DNA of 6,063 nucleotides from a virus, in the IMG/VR virus record IMGVR_UViG_3300020040_000003, positions 1-6,063 of that record, one strand, 5' to 3'. Positions within the stretch are counted from its first letter, which is position 1. Every line of letters begins with the position of its first letter. This document shows, piece by piece, positions 1 to 4,631 of this stretch. The position numbers and the translations under genes are program-made. The notes under the pieces were generated by a model. The model had not been told where the DNA came from and searched no databases. It worked only from the letters and a program-made list of their open reading frames with translations.

Positions 1-121
1 ATTGATATGTTGAGCATTCGCCCTGTTTATTTTTGGAGTGGCGTGACTCCCGATTATTTGAACTACCAGGGCGCTGATTATTTTAACCCCATCTATAATG
101 ATATTGGTTATCAAGATGTTC
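1..121. repeat. Terminal redundancy, copy 1 (identical to 5943-6063); overlap of a circular 5,942-nt genome
   Basis: Base-by-base comparison shows 1-121 (attgatatgttgagcattcgccc...ggttatcaagatgttc) is identical to 5943-6063. The repeat lies inside one continuous reading frame (capsid gene), so it behaves as a circular-assembly overlap, not an att/LTR/ITR element. Confidence 0.95.
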
Positions 122-489
122 CTGCTGCGCGACTTTTTAGTAACTCCTCGGGCTCGAACCTCGGCCTTACCGTTGCTTACGAGCCTTGCTTCAATGAGTT
201 CCGCTCGTCTTACGATGAAGTACTAGGTTCTCTCTCTTCGTACCCTGCTCCCTCCCTCGGCGCCAGTGTTCCGCTCTATTCGTATTGGGTACAGCAGCGC
301 TCTCTTGGCTTTTCGTATGTAGGTTCGGCGCAGGCGAATTATTACCCCGCGCTTTTCGTGGATATAGCACAAGTTAACTCCCCCTTCGCTTCTGGCGTAG
401 AGGATAATTTTTTCGTAAACTTGTCTTATTCGGTTCAGAAGAAGAATTTGGTTAACAAGACGTTTGCAACTCGTTTGTCTAATCGTTAA
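1..489 (+). CDS. VP1: Microviridae major capsid protein, 3' part (continuation of 4632-5942; bases 1-121 duplicate 5943-6063)
   Basis: Base 1 corresponds to 5943, and 4632 and 5943 are both divisible by 3, so the frames agree. att gat atg ttg... reads IDMLSIRPVYFWSGVTPDY..., exactly as at 5943 onward. The C-terminal part contains YEPCFNEFRSSYDEVLG, resembling the conserved Y-x-x-R-x-x-E-Y-R block of microvirus capsids, and ends at TAA 487-489. Joined length is 1311 + 489 nt = 599 aa, typical of non-phiX Microviridae capsids. The track ORF 7-489 is just the internal-Met version of this segment. Confidence 0.92.
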   Translation: MDMLSIRPVYFWSGVTPDYLNYQGADYFNPIYNDIGYQDVPAARLFSNSSGSNLGLTVAYEPCFNEFRSSYDEVLGSLSSYPAPSLGASVPLYSYWVQQRSLGFSYVGSAQANYYPALFVDIAQVNSPFASGVEDNFFVNLSYSVQKKNLVNKTFATRLSNR

Positions 490-501
490 ACCCTTAATAT
501 T

Positions 502-798
502 ATGGCACTTGATTGGTTACTCGAAGATGTCCCTACCTACGTTTCCCGTGGTCAGCGCATTCTTTCTGTTCTTGATGGTTCTGGATCTGTCGATGTCTTG
601 CCCGGTCGTCCAGACGTGGCCGCCGAGCCTTCTGATTTTGACAAGGGTGAAAAATATAACCCTGATATTGATTTTGACCCCAATGCTTTCTGCCGTATGG
701 ATAAGTTTGACGGTCTAGAGGTTGGTCAGGAACTTATTGATTCAGAGCTAGATAGATCGAAGTCCGCTTCAAAATCCCCTAATTCTGAAGAAAAATAG
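502..798 (+). CDS. Small acidic protein (98 aa), function unknown; possible scaffolding-type protein
   Basis: ATG lies 12 nt after the capsid stop. By my hand count about 46 of 98 codons end in T, the same bias as the capsid and Rep genes. The overlapping frame 464-718 has only about 18 of 84. Net charge is about -11 (22 D/E versus 11 K/R). I recognise no motif; the scaffolding idea rests only on size, acidity and position. Confidence 0.7.
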   Translation: MALDWLLEDVPTYVSRGQRILSVLDGSGSVDVLPGRPDVAAEPSDFDKGEKYNPDIDFDPNAFCRMDKFDGLEVGQELIDSELDRSKSASKSPNSEEK

Positions 799-931
799 CT
801 ACTCTTTACTTGACGATATATGCTACGTGCGCGGACCCCTTTGGCAAGAGTCCGTGAATTGCTAAAGGTTATTGGTAACGACTGCCGGAGAGGCCGCGCA
901 TTTTTCTATCGTTCTTTAATTTCTTAACGTT

Positions 932-1123
932 ATGTCGAATACTAAACAGCCTTTCTATAGATCAAAGGCCTTTTGGACACTTATTTCGTCTATTGTTGCC
1001 GCATTGGCTGCCTTTTTCCTTGCCTCCTGTTCAGCTCAAGCTAGGATTCAGCGTAGCGGCGTTCACATCGATACAGTTCGCGTCGATTACATTATTCGTT
1101 CTAACAGTTTAATTAATACTTAG
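932..1123 (+). CDS. Predicted small lipoprotein (63 aa precursor, 31-aa mature peptide)
   Basis: MSNTKQPFYRSKAFWTLISSIVAALAAFFLASCSAQ... has a positively charged n-region (K5, R10, K12), a hydrophobic h-region of about 17 residues, then L-A-S-C (Cys33), which fits the lipobox [LVI][ASTVI][GAS]C. About 30 of 63 codons end in T by hand count. The stop TAG 1121-1123 is 1 nt from the pilot-gene ATG at 1125 (TAGTATG), so it is packed like a real gene. Confidence 0.65.
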   Translation: MSNTKQPFYRSKAFWTLISSIVAALAAFFLASCSAQARIQRSGVHIDTVRVDYIIRSNSLINT

Positions 1124-1124
1124 T

Positions 1125-2378
1125 ATGGCTGTCCCCATTGCCGCTGCTGCGTCTTTTGGTCAGGCTCTCGGCCAGTCTGCCTCCTCCACAGGTGTTACAG
1201 GTTTGATTTCTGGCGCCCTCGGTCAACTTTTTGGCGGCATGAACGCCCGCCGCCAATGGCGCTTTCAACAGAAGCAAATGAAGCTTCAACAGCAGTATGC
1301 TCTTGAGCAAATGCAGAAGCAATCAGAGCTTTCTTACGCTAATTGGCAAAGACAATTTGATTACGAAAATGCCTACAACGACCCTTCGAAGGTTTTCGAC
1401 CGCTATTTGAAGGCTGGCGTAACCCCCGCCGCTGTTTTAGGCTCTTCCGGCGTTGGCGTGAACGCTACTATGTCCGGCGGTTCCGCTCCTATGCCCTCCG
1501 CTTCTGGCCCTTCGGGTGGTTCACCCGTCGCTCCCGGCGGTTTCGCTACCACTGACCCTACTGCTATCGCGCAGAATATGGTCGCGCGATCCACCGTCGA
1601 CCGCAATGCTGCTGCTGCTAATCGAGACGACGCCGAAGCTGATCTTATGCGAGGCAATACCCATAGTACGGAGTGGCGAAAGGAAATTGATGAGCTAGAG
1701 AAGAAGTCTCTAGAACATAACATCGATAATGTTTCTGAATTAATTCGTCTCAATCGCGCTTTGGCTGACATTCATACTGCTGACGCTGAGTACGCTGATC
1801 TTATGGCTACGTATAGGTTTCAAGACTTTGTTGCCCTGTATGCGAAACACGTTGAGGAGGCGAATCAGATCAAGAGATACAATGATAAATTTTTTGATTC
1901 TGTTTATGCTGCTCAAATCGCTCGGGACTTCGCGGCCGCTTACGAATCTGCCGCCTCTGGCGCTGTCTTAAACGTTGAGTCTGAAATACGTAAGGTTAAT
2001 TTGGCTGATCTTCGTGAGTGGTTCTCCCTGAATTGGGATTCTGAAGTCGATGTTCCGGAGGTTGATGAGAAGGGTAAGCCTACTGGTAGGACAATAAAGA
2101 TGACAGGTCGTCAGATTCATCAGAAGTTAATGGGCCTTGCCGCCTCGGAAGGCGAGCAGAGCCTTTCAGGTCGTTGGTTTCAAAACCGATCTAGCAAGAA
2201 CGCTTTTGGTTATAGTCTAGCGAGAACTGCCTTGGTTGGCGCTTTGGCTGTTGCCGGCACAGCCGCGACAAAGCGTCCTGTTTCGGTTGGTTATGATGAA
2301 GAAAGGGAAATTTACAACAGAGATGGTGAATTTGTCGGAGGCACAAGGGTGGCCCGCCGTCATTTGAGGAGAAATTGA
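1125..2378 (+). CDS. VP2: Microviridae DNA pilot / minor capsid protein (H/VP2-like), 417 aa
   Basis: The N-terminus is Gly/Ala/Ser-rich and hydrophobic (MAVPIAAAASFGQALGQSASSTGVTGLISGALGQLFGG). A Q-rich predicted helical segment follows. YNDPSKVFDRYLKAGVTPAAVLG (1374-1442) matches the N-x-P-x-x-x-x-x-R-x-x-x-A-G-(L/V)-N/T-P signature I know from gokushovirus VP2 proteins. After that comes a long helical, charged region and a C-terminal hydrophobic stretch (ALVGALAVAGTAAT). Its size and position downstream of the capsid gene are typical. Confidence 0.85.
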   Translation: MAVPIAAAASFGQALGQSASSTGVTGLISGALGQLFGGMNARRQWRFQQKQMKLQQQYALEQMQKQSELSYANWQRQFDYENAYNDPSKVFDRYLKAGVTPAAVLGSSGVGVNATMSGGSAPMPSASGPSGGSPVAPGGFATTDPTAIAQNMVARSTVDRNAAAANRDDAEADLMRGNTHSTEWRKEIDELEKKSLEHNIDNVSELIRLNRALADIHTADAEYADLMATYRFQDFVALYAKHVEEANQIKRYNDKFFDSVYAAQIARDFAAAYESAASGAVLNVESEIRKVNLADLREWFSLNWDSEVDVPEVDEKGKPTGRTIKMTGRQIHQKLMGLAASEGEQSLSGRWFQNRSSKNAFGYSLARTALVGALAVAGTAATKRPVSVGYDEEREIYNRDGEFVGGTRVARRHLRRN

Positions 2379-2401
2379 ACAATTCTTTTAACCTTTTGAA
2401 C

Positions 2402-2433
2402 TTTGCGTTTACTCTCCTTTTGTTGTATATTTG
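2402..2433 (+). promoter_or_regulatory. Candidate Bacteroidota-type promoter (-33 TTTG, 20-nt spacer, -7 TAnnTTTG)
   Basis: TTTG at 2402-2405 and TATATTTG at 2426-2433 are separated by 20 nt. This matches the published Bacteroides fragilis primary-sigma consensus (TTTG, 19-21 nt, TAnnTTTG). It sits in the 81-nt gap between the pilot gene and ORF 2460, about 27 nt upstream of that ATG. It is a motif match only. Confidence 0.4.
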
Positions 2434-2459
2434 CATTGTAAACCAATAACCACATTGTC

Positions 2460-2780
2460 ATGAAAACGGTTAGTAAAAAGTCCCGTATCAACGATTTAAT
2501 GATTGACGTTGTCGAGTACGCTTTCACTGAGTGGCTCGTTCGCCAAGGCGTATTCACCTCTTTTAAGACGAACTATGAGTGCATCGTTTCGCCTTATAGG
2601 AGTTTTCGCGAACGTTTGCGCGCCCATATTCGGCGCTCCCTCTGTAGCCCCGGTTTTGATCCAGGCAATCTCATTTCCTCTGCTTTCTTATTTACTGCGA
2701 CGCCCGAGGGTGCTGAGTTTTGGCAGAAGCAGTCGGATGCTTGGCAGCGATTTTACGTAAGATTACAAACAAGACTTTAA
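2460..2780 (+). CDS. Basic 106-aa protein, function unknown (candidate DNA-binding/packaging protein)
   Basis: This is the first ORF after the candidate promoter. About 37 of 106 codons end in T. Net charge is about +6 (16 K/R versus 10 D/E), with an Arg cluster RSFRERLRAHIRR and an aromatic C-terminal segment TPEGAEFWQKQSDAWQRFY. I cannot assign a family. The overlapping alternative frame 2503-2760 is rejected. Confidence 0.62.
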   Translation: MKTVSKKSRINDLMIDVVEYAFTEWLVRQGVFTSFKTNYECIVSPYRSFRERLRAHIRRSLCSPGFDPGNLISSAFLFTATPEGAEFWQKQSDAWQRFYVRLQTRL

Positions 2781-2791
2781 ATTATACTACT

Positions 2792-3115
2792 ATGACAGAA
2801 ATTCATGTCGTTATTCGTCGAATTAACCCGGCCCTCAAAATCGATCTTGTTCAGGTAGGGCGTCTTAAAGATTGTCAATTTGAGCCCCTTCCCCCCAGTG
2901 CTATCGAGAACTCTCCTATTGCACGCTTTTTGAAGAGTTCGAACATCAGCGATTCGCCCTACATTGATCATTCAGACGTCTCTAATCTCATTGCCGCCTG
3001 CGAAGATCTTCCCGGCTTCGACATTGAGTTTTTCGACAATACAATTATTCTTATTTTTGACCTTGAACTTGACTACGATGAAATCACGACGAAAGAAAAA
3101 GAGTCGGGGCACTAA
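2792..3115 (+). CDS. Acidic 107-aa protein, function unknown (candidate scaffolding protein or other accessory function)
   Basis: The track gives 2720-3115, but that start overlaps the previous gene by 61 nt. The in-frame ATG at 2792 (MTEIHVVIRR...) lies 11 nt after the previous stop and matches the tight packing seen elsewhere. About 42 of 107 codons end in T. Net charge is about -11 (20 D/E versus 9 K/R), with an acidic C-terminal half (DLPGFDIEFFDNTIILIFDLELDYDEITTKEKE). Confidence 0.62.
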   Translation: MTEIHVVIRRINPALKIDLVQVGRLKDCQFEPLPPSAIENSPIARFLKSSNISDSPYIDHSDVSNLIAACEDLPGFDIEFFDNTIILIFDLELDYDEITTKEKESGH

Positions 3116-3160
3116 AGTGGTAACCCGCCCCCTTGGTGGAAGAGTTCTTTAACCGTGGCG

Positions 3161-3192
3161 CTCCCCGGGGGGTCCCCCCCCCTGGGAGTTTT
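3161..3192 (+). terminator. GC-rich hairpin plus T-tract; candidate intrinsic terminator
   Basis: CTCCC (3161-3165) pairs with GGGAG (3184-3188). The G6 run (3167-3172) pairs with part of the C9 run (3174-3182), with one C/T mismatch (3166/3183). TTTT follows directly at 3189-3192. The element begins 46 nt downstream of the stop at 3113-3115. The T-tract is short at 4 nt. Confidence 0.5.
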
Positions 3193-3205
3193 CGCTTGTA
3201 CACTC

Positions 3206-3334
3206 ACCGAATTTATTCGGTATATATTTTTGTGAAGTGAGCCATGGAGCTCGAAGACGCGAAGCGTCCCGGCCGTTAAGGCCGTCGAGCGGCGTAACGA
3301 AACAGTTTTCGCGCTCGAAAGTACCGCCTTTCGA
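3206..3334 (+). promoter_or_regulatory. Cluster of stem-loops in the rep-upstream non-coding region; candidate ssDNA origin and/or rep leader structure
   Basis: All stems were checked by hand. (1) ACCGAA/TTCGGT at 3206-3221 with loop TTTA. (2) GACGC-GAA-GCGTC at 3256-3268, containing the d(GCGAAGC) mini-hairpin at 3259-3265. (3) CGGCC-GTTAA-GGCCG at 3270-3284. (4) TCGAGCG (3285-3291) pairs with CGCTCGA (3312-3318), enclosing an inner CGAAA/TTTCG stem (3298-3302/3307-3311). (5) TCGAAAG (3315-3321) pairs with CTTTCGA (3328-3334), which overlaps stem 4 and so excludes it. The direct repeats GCTCGAA (3249, 3313) and CGAAGCG (3260, 3332) are also present, as is a -7-like TATTTTTG at 3225-3232. Confidence 0.45.
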
Positions 3335-3339
3335 AGCGC

Positions 3340-3558
3340 ATGGTAATGTTTTTGGATATGGATCATTTTGACTTTAGACCTAGATTTTCCCCGATAGTTG
3401 ATTGTATATCGTATCGCTATTCTGTTGGTGCATATCGTGGCAAAAAACGAGTTATTATTGCTTGGTTTGCCGACAAAGCCCCCGCTGAAGATTATCTCGC
3501 TCGTTGTCGTCTTGATAGCCCTTATATTAAGTTTGATTGCCTTCAAAGCTTATTGTAA
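3340..3558 (+). CDS. Hypothetical 72-aa protein; stop overlaps the Rep start (TAATG)
   Basis: ATG at 3340 and TAA at 3556-3558 share base 3558 with the preferred Rep ATG (3558-3560), a classic translational-coupling arrangement. About 38 of 72 codons end in T by hand count, as high as in confirmed genes. I recognise no motif. The true start could instead be the in-frame ATG at 3346 or 3358. Confidence 0.45.
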   Translation: MVMFLDMDHFDFRPRFSPIVDCISYRYSVGAYRGKKRVIIAWFADKAPAEDYLARCRLDSPYIKFDCLQSLL

Positions 3559-4628
3559 TGCCTTGTTCGTCGCCCATATGGATACGCAACCGTCGTTATT
3601 TTGATAAGAAAAATCCTTGTCGAAACGGTTCCGACGCCGCCAAGTCCGCTTTGGCCCTTCGCCCTTGGGATATTTCGCGCCAGTGGCTGATGGTTCCTTG
3701 TGGAAAATGCGAGGACTGTTTGCGTCGCCAGCGTAATGATTGGTTCGTTCGCCTCGAGCGCGAGCTTGCTCGTTGTAAAGCCGAGTCTCGGCAGGCTATT
3801 TTTATTACAATAACCATAGCCCCTAAGTATTACGATGAAGCATTGCAGAGCCCCTCTAAGTTTATTCGACGATGGAATGAAAGAGTCCGCCACACGCTCG
3901 GACACACTTTTAAGCACGCGTTTTTCCAAGAGTTTGGCACCCACCCAGAAACAGGGTTAGAGCCACGTCTTCATTTTCACGGTTTTCTTTTTGGAACTAA
4001 CTGCATGTACAATGATATTCGAGCGGCCGTCCGCGACCTTGGTTTTGTTTGGCTTGCGAAAGCCACTCATAAACGCGCTCGTTATTGCGTTAAGTATGTT
4101 ACTAAACAGATTCAATTCAACCCCGAAGAAATTTCGGACAAATTTGTTAATGTAGATGGAAATCTTACACCTCTATCTTGCCTCCTCCAACATCGCCGTT
4201 ATACGCGAAAATTCGTATCTGCTGGCGTTGGTGATTTTCTTGGTTATATGCCTCGCCCTTCTGCCCGTACTTCGACGTGGTCTTATTTTGACTTTGAGAA
4301 GCGTATCAATTATAATTACGCGATTCCTCGATACTATCTTAAATATCTTAAATCAGAAGACGAGGTTACTCGTTCGATTGCCGCCGCTGATTCTTATGCA
4401 CGTTTTAGCAAGTCTTCTCTGGTTAAGCGTATTGTGTCTTTGTGCGTTGAGCGGTTCAGTCTCGATTCCGCCGTATCCCGTAGAGAGACGTATACCTGGG
4501 AGCAAAAGCAAATGATGCGTTTTTCTGCCTCTTCTCGCAAGATGCCTGATTTCGATCCCCCTACCTGGCTAGATTTGGATATTATTCAATTTTGGCGAGA
4601 TCACTACAAACTCCAACTAAACATTTAA
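3558..4628 (+). CDS. VP4: Microviridae replication initiation protein (A/VP4-like HUH rolling-circle endonuclease), 356 aa
   Basis: The track ORF begins at 3537. The in-frame ATG at 3558 gives MPCSSPIWIRNRRY..., the M-x-C-x-x-P-(I/V)-x-(I/L)-x-N opening typical of gokusho-type VP4. There is a CGKCEDC cluster (3699-3719). RCR motif I is IFITITI (F82-I87, 3801-3818). Motif II HUH is RLHFHGFLF (His codons at 3972-3974 and 3978-3980). Motif III is RYCVKYVTK (3083+1000 = 4083-4106) with two Tyr four residues apart (Y176 and Y180), as in the two-tyrosine phiX174 gpA class. Stop is TAA 4626-4628. Confidence 0.92.
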   Translation: MPCSSPIWIRNRRYFDKKNPCRNGSDAAKSALALRPWDISRQWLMVPCGKCEDCLRRQRNDWFVRLERELARCKAESRQAIFITITIAPKYYDEALQSPSKFIRRWNERVRHTLGHTFKHAFFQEFGTHPETGLEPRLHFHGFLFGTNCMYNDIRAAVRDLGFVWLAKATHKRARYCVKYVTKQIQFNPEEISDKFVNVDGNLTPLSCLLQHRRYTRKFVSAGVGDFLGYMPRPSARTSTWSYFDFEKRINYNYAIPRYYLKYLKSEDEVTRSIAAADSYARFSKSSLVKRIVSLCVERFSLDSAVSRRETYTWEQKQMMRFSASSRKMPDFDPPTWLDLDIIQFWRDHYKLQLNI

Positions 4629-4631
4629 TTT

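Noticed and set aside
1-121. Reading the terminal direct repeats as att sites, LTRs or a biologically meaningful duplication
   Set aside because: The repeat sits in the middle of the capsid reading frame, and joining the ends restores a single intact 599-aa ORF with conserved motifs spanning the junction (EPGYLIDMLSIRPVY). This is the signature of a circular contig overlap.
663-672. TGATATTGAT (663-672) and GGATATTATT (4577-4586), which resemble the phiX174 origin core CAACTTG/ATATTAATAAC
   Set aside because: These are only 7-9 nt AT-rich matches (about 10 of 15 over the wider core), expected by chance in 6 kb. The phiX-type origin is not known to be conserved outside the phiX-like group. 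I could not identify the Rep nick site from sequence alone.
810-815. TTGACG sigma70-like -35 hexamer in the 799-931 gap
   Set aside because: No acceptable -10 hexamer lies 16-18 nt downstream (the sequence there is GC-rich: gcggaccc). The nearby TATATG is only 1 nt away, which is the wrong spacing.
2720-2791. Upstream start (2720) given by the track for the acidic ORF 2720-3115
   Set aside because: It would overlap the preceding gene by 61 nt. The in-frame ATG at 2792 lies 11 nt after the preceding stop and fits the packing pattern of the genome. The choice between starts is an inference.
3244-3279. An 11-codon ORF (ATG 3244 ... TAA 3277-3279) inside the structured region
   Set aside because: It is too short, coincides with the hairpin stems and has no supporting context. 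No other + strand frame is open across 3116-3339.
3112-3546. A 144-aa minus-strand ORF that spans the whole non-coding region upstream of rep
   Set aside because: Every supported gene is on the + strand, as expected for Microviridae, where only the complementary strand is the transcription template. The ORF overlaps the + strand ORF 3340-3558, which has the genome-typical T3 codon bias and a TAATG coupling to rep. Its translation is low-complexity. It runs through the hairpin and homopolymer region, which is better explained as structured nucleic acid. An antisense gene is not strictly excluded without transcript data.
3537-3557. Upstream start (3537, MPSKLIV...) given by the track for Rep
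   Set aside because: The ATG at 3558 yields the conserved M-x-C-x-x-P N-terminus of gokusho-type Rep proteins and forms a TAATG stop/start overlap with the upstream ORF. The 7 extra residues have no counterpart that I know of.
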